A model generated the notes under the pieces. The model was not told the DNA's origin and did no database searches. It was given only the letters and a program-made list of their open reading frames with translations. The position numbers were made by a program, and so were the translations under genes. DNA of 64,000 nt, from assembly GCF_009914755.1 (NCBI RefSeq), contig NC_060933.1. One strand, given 5' to 3'. Below, in pieces: positions 1-15,620 of this stretch (the stretch's first letter is position 1; every line of letters begins with the position of its first letter). Source of the DNA: the human T2T-CHM13v2.0 reference genome, Homo sapiens.

Positions 1-329
1 TGTAATTGTCTGCTTTCCCATTATACTATAAGCTTGTAAACTCCTTGAAGGTAGGAACAACTTTTTTTTTTTTTTTTTTTTGTGGTTCCTATTATAGCTT
101 TATTCTTTTTTTTTTTATTTTATTATTATACTTTAAGTTTTAGGGTACATGTGCACATTGTGCAGGTTAGTTACATATGTATACATGTGACATGCTGGTG
201 CGCTGCACCCACTAACTCGTCATCTAGCATTAGGTATATCTCCCAATGCTATCCCTCCCCCATCCCCCGACCCCACCACAGTCCCCAGAGTGTGATATTC
301 CCCTTCCTGTGTCCATGTGATCTCATTGT

Positions 330-4156
<3,827 letters not shown>

Positions 4157-4219
4157 TATGATGTTAGCTGGTGCTTTTGCTCGTTAGTTGATGCAGTTTC
4201 TTCCTAGTCTCGATGGTCT

Positions 4220-5236
4220 TTACATTTTGGCATGATTTTGCAGCGGCTGGTACCGGTTGTTCCTTTCCATGTTTAGCGCTTCCTTCAGGAGCTCTTTTAG
4301 GGCAGGCCTGGTGGTGACAAAATCTCTCAGCATTTGCTTGTCTATAAAGTATTTTATTTCTCCTTCACTTATGAAGCTTTGTTTGGCTGGATATGAAATT
4401 CTGGGTTGAAAATTCTTTCCTTTAAGAATGTTGAATATTGGCCCCCACTCTCTTCTGGCTTGTATGGTTTCTGCCGAGAGATCCGCTGTTAGTCTGATGG
4501 GCTTTCCTTTGAGGGTAACCCGACCTTTCTCTCTGGCTGCCCTTAACATTTTTTCCTTCATTTCAACTTTGGTGAATCTGACAATTATGTGTCTGGGAGT
4601 TGCTCTTCTCGAGGAGTATCTTTGTGGCGTTCTCTGTATTTCCTGAATCTGAACGTTGGCCTGCCTTGCTAGATTGGGGAAGTTCTCCTGGATAATATCC
4701 TGCAGAGTGTTTTCCAACTTGGTTCCATTCTCCACATCACTTTCAGGTACACCAATCAGACGTAGATTTGGTCTTTTCACATAGTCCCATATTTCTTGGA
4801 GGCTTTGCTCATTTCTTTTTATTCTTTTTTCTCTAAACTTCCCTTCTCGCTTCATTTCATTCATTTCATCTTCCATCGCTGATACCCTTTCTTCCAGTTG
4901 ATCGCATCGGCTCCTGAGGCTTCTGCATTCTTCACGTAGTTCTCGAGCCTTGGCTTTCAGCTCCATCAGCTCCTTTAAGCACTTCTCTGTATTGGTTATT
5001 CTAGTTATACATTCTTCTAAATTTTTTTCAAAGTTTTCAACTTCTTTGCCTTTGGTTTGAATGTCCTCCCGTAGCTCAGAGTAATTTGATCGTCTGAAGC
5101 CTTCTTCTCTCAGCTCCTCAAAATCATTCTCCATCCAGCTTTGTTCCGTTGCTGGTGAGGAACTGCGTTCCTTTGGAGGAGGAGAGGCGCTCTGCATTTT
5201 AGAGTTTCCAGTTTTTCTGTTCTGTTTTTTCCCCAT
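4220..5236 (-). CDS. LINE-1 ORF1p (RNA-binding/nucleic acid chaperone), full-length 338 aa
   Basis: MGKKQNRKTGNSK...LQNHAKM; coiled coil, REKG and ARR motifs present; the YPAKLS motif reads YPAKQS. Confidence 0.96.
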   Translation of the reverse strand: MGKKQNRKTGNSKMQSASPPPKERSSSPATEQSWMENDFEELREEGFRRSNYSELREDIQTKGKEVENFEKNLEECITRITNTEKCLKELMELKAKARELREECRSLRSRCDQLEERVSAMEDEMNEMKREGKFREKRIKRNEQSLQEIWDYVKRPNLRLIGVPESDVENGTKLENTLQDIIQENFPNLARQANVQIQEIQRTPQRYSSRRATPRHIIVRFTKVEMKEKMLRAAREKGRVTLKGKPIRLTADLSAETIQARREWGPIFNILKGKNFQPRISYPAKQSFISEGEIKYFIDKQMLRDFVTTRPALKELLKEALNMERNNRYQPLQNHAKM

Positions 5237-6143
5237 CTTTGTGGTTTTATCTACTTTTGGTCTTTGATGATGGTGATGTACAGATGGGTTTTCGGTGTAG
5301 ATGTCCTTTCTGGTTGTTAGTTTTCCTTCTAACAGACAGGACCCTCAGCTGCAGGTCTGTTGGAATACCCTGCCGTGTGAGGTGTCAGTGTGCCCCTGCT
5401 GGGGGGTGCCTCCCAGTTAGGCTGCTCGGGGGTCAGGGGTCAGGGACCCACTTGAGGAGGCAGTCTGCCCGTTCTCAGATCTCCAGCTGCGTGCTGGGAG
5501 AACCACTGCTCTCTTCAAAGCTGTCAGACAGGGACACTTAAGTCTGCAGAGGTTACTGCTGTCTTTTTGTTTGTCTGTGCCCTGCCCCTAGAGGTGGAGC
5601 CTACAGAGGCAGGCAGGCCTCCTTGAGCTGTGGTGGGCTCCACCCAGTTCGAGCTTCCCGGCTGCTTTGTTTACCTAAGCAAGCCTGGGCAATGGCGGGC
5701 GCCCCTCCCCCAGCCTCGTTGCCGCCTTGCAGTTTAATCTCAGACTGCTGTGCTAGCAATCAGCGAGATTCCGTGGGCGTAGGACCCTCTCAGCCAGGTG
5801 TGGGATATAGTCTCGTGGTGCGCCGTTTTTTAAGCCGGTCTGAAAAGCACAATATTCGGGTGGGAGTGACCCGATTTTCCAGGTGCGTTCGTCACCCCTT
5901 TCTTTGACTCGGAAAGGGAACTCCCTGACCCCTTGCGCTTCCCAGGTGAGGCAATGCCTCGCCCTGCTTCGGCTCGCGCACGGTGCGCGCACACACTGGC
6001 CTGCGCCCACTGTCTGGCACTCCCTAGTGAGATGAACCCGGTACCTCAGATGGAAATGCAGAAATCACCCGTCTTCTGCGTCGCTCACGCTGGGAGCTGT
6101 AGACCGGAGCTGTTCCTATTCGGCCATCTTGGCTCCTCCCCTC
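5237..6143. promoter_or_regulatory. L1 5'UTR with internal sense promoter and antisense promoter; CpG-rich; YY1 site
   Basis: About 900-bp 5'UTR with many retained CpGs; YY1 motif CAAGATGGCCG on minus at 6121-6131. Confidence 0.85.
5692..5907 (+). CDS. LINE-1 ORF0 (primate-specific antisense ORF), intact 71 aa
   Basis: ATG at 5692; MAGAPPPASLPPCSLISDCCASNQRDSVGVGPS...RFSRCVRHPFL*, antisense within the L1 5'UTR. Confidence 0.88.
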   Translation: MAGAPPPASLPPCSLISDCCASNQRDSVGVGPSQPGVGYSLVVRRFLSRSEKHNIRVGVTRFSRCVRHPFL

Positions 6144-6884
6144 AGGAACAACTTTTATCTTCTACTATTGTAATTCCATGTTTTTGGAAATAATAATAAT
6201 AATAATCATGTTTGTTAAAAGAGACTTGAATCAGGTAATGCATGATAAAAATCAATTGATCTGTCTATGGACCAGGAGTTGTCAGATAGTAAGCATCTTG
6301 CAAGGCTTATTCTACTTCGTATTCCTGACTGATAGCATAGAATCTGGTACCCAGTAGGTGCTCAATAGATGTTTGTTGAATGAAATAAAAACATGCATAG
6401 GTGATGCATAAAGAAATGATTATGCAATGTTTTGGATAAGTAGTATGATAAGATAATTTATTGTCCACTTTGAGACTCTTTGTGAAGACAGGCACTGTTT
6501 GTAACTAAGTAGTCATGCCAGAACAACAGGCATAGACAAGAACTGTCCAGGCATACAAGAAATTTGGTCACCTTAAGACAGCAAAATGGATTTCTGTTTA
6601 GAGAAAATAAAAACCAATAGCATTGTAATTCAGTTCCTTTTATCCTTATTCTTCCTTTGTTTCTTTATTTCTGGTAAATCCCACTTCATGCCATAAATTA
6701 ACTCCAAACAATTAAGCTACATCTTTTGTCTGCTTTGGAAGTTTCAGAATTCTTTTCATTTCCAAGAGCTATTTTTTATAAAATGTGTTTTTATGTTAAT
6801 ATGCAATGGGTTTATTAGTGTTATTCCTGAATTAATAAATATTTTTTCAGTTTATCAATATTATTTACCAATATAGTAAAGACT

Positions 6885-7302
<418 letters not shown>

Positions 7303-8199
7303 ATCTACTGTAATTAAACACCATCATTTCAATAGAAAACTGAAACTTAGATTTCCCCAAGGGCGTAGTTGATGCATTTAAATAAGCATTTTATCATCTT
7401 CTCTCTTTTGACATTGCTCATCATGTTTCGTATATCTAAGATTGTGAGCTCTTATAAAGCCAGTGCTATGCCATATACTTCTGGCTTATAGCACAATCAT
7501 AGCTACACAGGAAGTATTCAAAATGTACTCACTGAGTGAATTATTATTCCCGTAAATTTCAAAATTTCTTCTAGTATGTTTTTCAAAAGGTATACATAGT
7601 AGGTTCATGCACAAAGCACTTAATGTTGATTTTTTTAGCATTCCCATGGCAAGATCTTATAATTTAGTAATCTGTAATCCTATTATCCCAGGATAATCGC
7701 TGTTAGTATTCTTGGGTATATTCCTTTTTTCTTTTTCAATACAGTTTGGAGTATTTGAGTACGACCTTATATTTTAATAAATTTTCCTCATAATCAACTA
7801 GCCATATATAATATCTGCCACTGGGCAGATTGTTTGTGACATGTCACTTTCAAAGTTACTTTGAATTCTTGGCATATACAAATGGCCATTGTGTGGTGCT
7901 GAGTGACTCTGCTTTAGGAAAGGTGGGGATGCTTCTGTTCAATAATTTCCCAGCAAAGTATCCCAGACATGTAAACAGTTAGTCATTTTCAACAGTACTA
8001 AAAGAAAACAGCTCTTGTTATTGTTTTAAATTATCATCTTCAAAAGCAATATAATATGTATGTAAAGTGAATAATATAAATTACAAAACAAGTTTTTAGC
8101 TAACAAATTAGCTGAAGAATAGCAGGAACAAGAATTTCACCAGGCTTCAGAATTCATATGATGATTCAACAGGATTTTTGAATTTGAGTTTCAGATTGA

Positions 8200-9185
8200 G
8201 TGATAGATCTCACTTATAATTTAAAACATACAAATGACAATAACAACAAAAATAATACAGTTTCTTAGCTTGCAGAGTGACAAGGATTAAAATGTTGCAT
8301 AATACTCAGTGTTGCTGAGGATAATAAAAATGTAAATAAACACAACTATTTAGATGGCAATATGGGGACATCTAGCAAAATTAAAAGGCATCTATCCATT
8401 TACCTAGCAAATTCCTTTTATTCTGAAACATTTACACAAATTTGCAAAATACACATAGAAGAATGTTATATCATTGTTTTTAATAGCAAAAATTGAATGA
8501 AACCTACTGTCTATCAATTGTGGACTGTTTTTATGAGCCATGATATATCCAGGCCACTAAATCTAGTAAAATTATCAAAAGGATTGAGGTAGAGATATAA
8601 TGTCCTGATAGTGAATACTCTCCAAGGGGTATTGCTAAGATTTAGCATGCTTCAATTTTTGTAATTTCTGGACGAATAAGAAGTTGCTAACAGTGGTTAC
8701 ATCTAAAGTGCAGGGTGGCATGGAGGAAGAAAAAATATAGGTGTTTGCTTTTTGAGAAATGATGTTCATGTGTTACTTCTATAATTAGTAATAGTTTATA
8801 AAGAGCCTTAAGATGTATACCTTTTGATCCAGCAATATGATATTTTGGAATTAATCTTATGGGAATAACTAGGTATGTGTGCAAAGCCATGGTCCCATAA
8901 GATGTTCTTTTTGCCTTGCTAATAATCGTGAAGAATTGGGAGCAATATAAGTGATCAACCACAGAAGATGGGTTAATGGAATTATAGTTTGTTATTAAAA
9001 ATAATGTCATAAAGGAATATTAATCATATATTAGGTGATGACCCTTGGAAAAGTATGGACAGTGTAACTAAATATCTAAAATGATATATACCAAAACATG
9101 ACTAGCGGTGGGGTAATGGGTGATTTTTATATTCTTCTTTTTATTTTTAAATCTATGTTTCCTAAGTACTCTCTAAAGAACAAGT
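8200..9185 (+). mobile_element. Old L1 (L1ME-like) ORF2-end/3'UTR fragments
   Basis: Degenerate L1 3' motifs, e.g. ccttttgatccagcaat...ttttggaattaatc and tgtctatcaattgtggactg. Confidence 0.55.
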
Positions 9186-12100
9186 GTTATTGCTATTAAA
9201 AAGAAAATAAGCAATTCAAGTCGTTTTCAGAAAATAACAAATAAAAGCTAGGAAGATATTCCTGCTAAGGGTAAATCAATCTTCTCTTGATATTATTAGA
9301 ATATCTGATTCTATATTATTGTAGCCCAATTCTATTTCATAGTTCAGTAATGCTAATAATGCTTTGCTTATGCAATAGAATTTATATGTAACTGATGCAT
9401 TCATAAGACCTTTTCTATTTAGCAGTCAATTCCTTTAATAAAAATATTTTGGAGATTGTATGGTGAAATATTTGGGGGATAGTATTTTCCTGTTATACCT
9501 ATATTTGCATGCCTAAATAACATTAAATTATCAATGCAATTTGGTATGATTTGTCAATATTCTGTTAGTGCTAGTCTGGCATTTTATAAATAGATTTATT
9601 TATTTTGCTAAGATAGACAAACTATGAAGCACTGTCAGTTACTTTGTGAAAATTTCAAATACCAGGTAGTGAAACCTAATAGCACAGTTGTAAAAACTGC
9701 ATATTATTATTTTCTGAGTCTCTCTGACCCCACAGCAGTGCAAATGCTTGCATTTCTCTCTGCTTGACCCAATTGAATCATATCGTTTTAAGGTATCTGT
9801 CCACCCAACCTACCATGGATAATGAGACATTTAGAAAGGCATATAAATATTAGAAAGTCTTTGTAGTAGAACTGAATAAAATGTATTCGCTCAAATACCA
9901 ATGTTTTTAAATAGATACAGCGTTGCTTCAGCCTCACCTCCTCCCTTCCCAACCACATAATGTGCTTTATTTAAACAAATTGAAGTTCAGAGGATCATTT
10001 GGAATTTCCCTGTCCCCATATACACACTTTATCAGCAGGCATACATGTCAACTGAGAATCATATTTAAAGACAATGCAGTTTTACAATGTTATTTAAACA
10101 TCTTACCTGTGTATTAGCTTAACACCTAGTTTGTCACTTAGAAACTTTTGTGTCAAAAATTATTCATGGTGGTGAAGACAACTTTCAGATTCTGTCATTT
10201 CTATATTGTTTTATGAAGCACATACATATATGTATTTATATTTACATAATAGGCAACAGGTACTCCACATATAGAATTAAAAAGTGAGTACAGAAGGAAA
10301 TAAAAGTTTATTTTCATGAATAGCATTTAGATAAGATTGCTGTCCTTACCTATTTAGTATTGGGTTCATATTCTGAGAGGATACAATTTTTGATTTTAGG
10401 AGTTTGGCTATTGTTCTCATCTAAAAATATCCAAGATTAACAGCTTCAGATGCAAACAGTGTCATTAGCAGTCTTTCAGATGGTTTAATACAGAAGCTAT
10501 CTCTTCCTGCATTTAATCATTGTCTCCTCCTGGCATGCAGTAATTCCTTCCCTCCACATGCAGAACCCCCACATGACTCCATAGTTACCCCAAGCAGTGC
10601 AGAACTGAGCTTGACAGTTTCCGTATGGTGCTTCACACTTTGGGGAAATGTGGGAATGAGGAATGCTGAGAGTGCACCTTTCATTCCTCCAAATTGATAT
10701 AGGAAGTGGTGCTGGCAGCTGTCTAACTGTGAAACATCTGAGCAGGTGTGTTAAAACTTCATCTTCACATTGTCAAATGCCAGGTGGCAGCACTTGCTTG
10801 TTTGTTTGTTTATCATTTATGTCAAAATAAACCCAGCAGAAACAAGAGCCTGTCAATTCACATGGCAGACACTGACCATTCAGATGTCTGCCTCAGATAT
10901 TTTCTTTCATTTTCAGTGAACATGATTTGCAGCTTAAAAGATGGATTCTTTCTTCTAGTTTTTTACTTCTCATTTTGGGAACTGAAAAATCGTGAAAGAT
11001 GCTTCTAATTATCTATTCACAGTTGTATATACCTGGACCCTCAACCGTGGCTGTGTTATTCTTTTAGACATAGACATTCAAGTTCAGGAGGTCATAGAAT
11101 GGTAATCAGAGTTGAGAGAGGAAGTTATAAGAATAATTTTATTCTCTTGCTTAATTCTTAAGCATATTAATCCTTTTTTTTTTTTTTTAACCCTGGAGGA
11201 TGTTTTAGTAGCCTCCAGTGTGAAAACTAAATACTGGTTCTGATTTACTTGAACCAAAACTAAACGAAACAAAACACTAAGGCATTAGGTCAGTGTTTTT
11301 GTACATTTATGCCTTTATACTATGTAAATACTGTGTGCTGTTTAGAGAAGCAACAAGAAAGTGATATGAGTAAGGGATATATAACTATTATTTATGTTTT
11401 TAATTTTTCTGCAGGAAATAGATCTCTTATAAGATGAACCAGAAAATTTATCTTCCCAAGATCTTTGCAAACCAAAATTCAAATGTACCCAGGGCACTAC
11501 AATTACATTCCTAATAGGAATTTTTACAACTTCTTAAATAGTCTAGTATTGAATATGCTTGGGGGAAAATGTAAGTGTTAAGAAAGAACAGAAAAAACAA
11601 AAAAACAAAAAACAAAAAACAAAAAAACCAAAAAACAGTCTATTTTGCCACTGAAGCTTTTTCACATGCAAAAAACCAAACAACAACAAAAACAGAAAAC
11701 CAACCAAACTCCTGCATTGTTGATAGACATACCTTTTTTTTTCACAAGAAAACTTTTAAAAAAGCAATTTGCATATTTCTGCAGAAACATGAAGCTCTGT
11801 GGTTCTTTTGGTTATGTTGCAGAATTGTGCAGAAGTCTCTGCCCAGCAATAAATGAAGGCAAACTTGGAAAGGTTAGCTGCAGGGTCTGCAGGCAGAGAA
11901 GAAGGCCTGGAACCTGGAAGGGGACTTCTTAGGAGATGATATGAGGAAGCACAGATAGGGAAGGAGGGAAAGACAGTGACAGGCAGAAAATAGGGACAGT
12001 TCAGATGGTCTGAAGCATTAAAAAAGTGTAGGCGTTTTCCTTTCAAATGAAGTCAGAGAGAAAGAATAGGAATGAGAGAATGAATGAGGCCAATCTGAGG

Positions 12101-12306
12101 CTAAAAAAAGAGGAATCTTCTCAAACTGAGCTTCTGTAATAACAGTAGTTAATATTTCATTGAACACTGTTCTAACTGCTTTAATGTATCATTTCATCCT
12201 CACAACACCCTTGTGACCAGGGTACTACTATCATCCCCAACATAAATGAGCAGCCTAAGACCCAGACAGGTTAAGTAACTCACCAAAATCACATCCTAGT
12301 AAATGG

Positions 12307-12640
12307 TGTATCAGGCAGGATCCCAACAGGGGACAGATAGCACACTTGTATTTGTCTGATTTAAGGAGACCTTAAACCTGAAGATCCAGGAAATAGATAT
12401 GGCTGTGTGGATAGGGTCATCTACAAAAGACTGAGATCTTTAGATAAGGAATGTAGCTGGCCCAAGGTCACTCTGCAGGGAGAGAGGTAGGAGTATCAGA
12501 CCTCACTCTCCTTTCTTCCTGTCTCCTGCCATTGCTCCCCACTGGGAGGCAGGAAGGTAAGGAAGCCAGCTGATGTGACTCGCACAGGCCAACGCCTCAG
12601 GACACAGCACAGTGTAATTAAGGTAGATCTTGGGGTAAGC
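12307..12640. mobile_element. Old ERVL/MaLR-type solo LTR fragment inserted in a MIR
   Basis: Begins tgtatcaggcaggatcccaacaggggacagatagcacac; MIR sequence precedes it (~12145-12306) and resumes after it. Confidence 0.45.
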
Positions 12641-13670
12641 AACAGTGGAAAAGGGATTTGAACTTTATCTGGTTCTGGGACAGATGCTCTTAACAATTAC
12701 ATATCTGCCTCTCTAAGTGCAAAGTGCTTAGGTAGAGCTGGTCCCAATTTAATGAAGACCTGAATGGTCAGCGAGGGGTTACTGTTTCTCCAGCACTCCT
12801 TAAAAGCACAGTAGGTGGATGCTGGTAGACATGCATCTCTATAAAGGGGAGAGCTTAGGACAATTTGTTAATGGTCTGGTTTAGATGAACTTATTCAGTA
12901 CCTTTGAGAGGTGGTGGAGAGGTCTCCTTTTTATTTTGTTATCTCTTGTATCTAATTATGTTTCTCAGCATAGTGTGAGCCCTGCAGTTGCTGGAGATGA
13001 CTCTCCAGGTAACTTCAGCATGACACTCTGGGGCCAGACTGCATTTGATTTTGCTGCCTTCTCACATTCTGTCCCATCTCCACAGTACTGAAAGTACATT
13101 CATTTATGACACCTCAATCCATTTCCACTCCAAAACCCTAGTGAAACGAAGTGCCCCACTCACTTCTGGAAGATGGCTTTCTTCTTTCCAAATGGAGCTT
13201 CAGGAATGCACGGGAAAAGAGGCAGCCTAAGCATTTACATGTATCCGTGCTCCCAGGCTGATTCACACAAAGCATCAGCAACCTGCATAAATTTAGCCTG
13301 TGAGGGCGATTGTGATAGTTGTGAGAGTGATGACTGATTTCAATATGCAAGTATTTATTGGGTGCCTAAATGGGCAAACATTGGGGTTATAGTGATGAAC
13401 ACAACAGATGTAGTCTTATCATACTTTTGGGATTTTACTTTTAAAAGCACAAATTGCCAGTTGAGATTGAAAGATGTGTCTTTTCTTCCCTTAGGGAATA
13501 TAAGAGAGGACAAAGAATTGAGCTTAAAAGAAAATCATTGATGTAAGAGACATAAAAAACCATATTGCATAATAGCCTTTTTAGCAACCGTTACTTAAAA
13601 CCTGACAGTGAAATGAGCATATATACCATATGGCATGTGTGTATTATGCTTTTATCATATTACTTGAATG

Positions 13671-13826
13671 TACACTTAGCTGCATCCCATTTTAATGAAA
13701 GGGATTTCTTGCTTTCTTTATACTCAGAGAATTCCCTCAGATTCAACTACACTTAGCTGCATCCCATTTTAATGAAAGGGATTTCTTGCTTTCCTTATTC
13801 TCATAGAATTCCCTCAGATTCAACTA
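13671..13826. repeat. Tandem duplication, 2 x 77 bp
   Basis: tacacttagctgcatccc...ccctcagattcaac starts at 13671 and again at 13748; about 3 mismatches. Confidence 0.95.
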
Positions 13827-14495
13827 AAAGAGATAATAACAGCAACAATAATAGTAATTTACTCCATTAAAGATGACCAGTTTATGCTAAATTCCAAATA
13901 ACTCTCACTACTTAACAGCAGATTTTGGACTCTACTCAAGACCTTCCAGTTTTTCAGAGAATGAGAACATTCTGTAGAAGCACAAAACTTTCAAGATTCT
14001 CTAGGAATTAATACAAATCCAAATGCGGTTCTGTGGCCAAATGTCAGTTTCATCTAGAAAATCCAATAAATAGCTATAGAGTACTGACTGTCTGAGAGGC
14101 AGGCAACCAGGAAAAAACATGCGGTTAAGAGTACAGGCTCTGAGAGAATAATTATGTTTTGGGAACTATAGTATGTCTGTTATTAGACTCTAGTCTCATG
14201 AGTTGTTTTTTAAGTTTTTTTCTGAATTTAGACTAACTCTGCTTATTCATGTGAAACCACCAGTGATCTCTGGCTGCTGCTTAGAAGAAACAAAAGGAAT
14301 GGGTAATGTAAAAGTCCGAATCAATATTCTAATTTTGTCCACATATTGGAATCAGGTAGCGGTCCCATATCAGCTTGGTTCCATCAGTTGCCCAGTTCAT
14401 GGAAAGCCTTCTTATTTAGTTTACTTGGGATAATTTTGCTTAACTGTTGTGGGATATATTGCTGTTGTACTCTTTGTGTAGAAATGCAGGATAAC

Positions 14496-14893
<398 letters not shown>

Positions 14894-15073
14894 TCAACAT
14901 ACTGATGCTTTCTGACCAGGCTTCTCTCTACCCTGAATATAAAAGACCTTCATAGTTAGGCAGGGATATCATATCATCGTTCCTATTCAGCCTGAAGAAG
15001 TTACAGAAGATGGATCTTCATCCCTCTGCAACCCTTAGGATTAAGGGTTCTCTTATAAAAGGAAGGGGGAAAA

Positions 15074-15620
15074 TGTCAGAGGCTTTTAAACCAGAGTGAC
15101 TTTATCATGTATAGAGGCTGGGTAAAATGAGGCTGAGACCTACTAGGCTGCATTCCCAGGAGGTTAGAGCATTCTTAGTCACAGGATGAGATAGGAGGTC
15201 AGCACTAAATACAAGTCATAAAGACCATGCTGATAAAGCAGACTGCAGTGGAGAAGCCAGCCAAAACCCACCGAAACCAAGATGATGACAAGAGTGACCT
15301 CTAGTTGTCCTCACTTCTCATTATACACTAATTATAATGTATTAGCATGCTAAAAGACATTCCCACCAGCACTATGACAGTTTATAAATGGCATGGCAAT
15401 GTCAGGAAGTTACCCTATATGATCTAAAAAGGGGAGGAAGCTTCACTTCCAGAAATTGTTCACCCTTTTCCTGGAAAACTCATGAATAACTCACTCCTTG
15501 TTTAGCATATAATAAAGAAATAACCATAAAAATGGGCAGCCAGCAGCCCATGCTGCTGCTCTGCCTATGAAATAGCCATTCTTTTATCCCTTTACTTTCT
15601 TAATAAACTTGCTTTCACTT
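15074..15620 (+). mobile_element. MER41 LTR (probably MER41B), U5 missing
   Basis: tgtcagaggc...aaccagagtgact...ggctgcattcccagg start; tandem GAS-like sites; ends at the poly(A) site. Confidence 0.85.

Noticed and set aside
11575-11932. Lys/Asn/Gln-rich ORFs
   Set aside because: Translation of A-rich (CAAAAAA)n low-complexity sequence.
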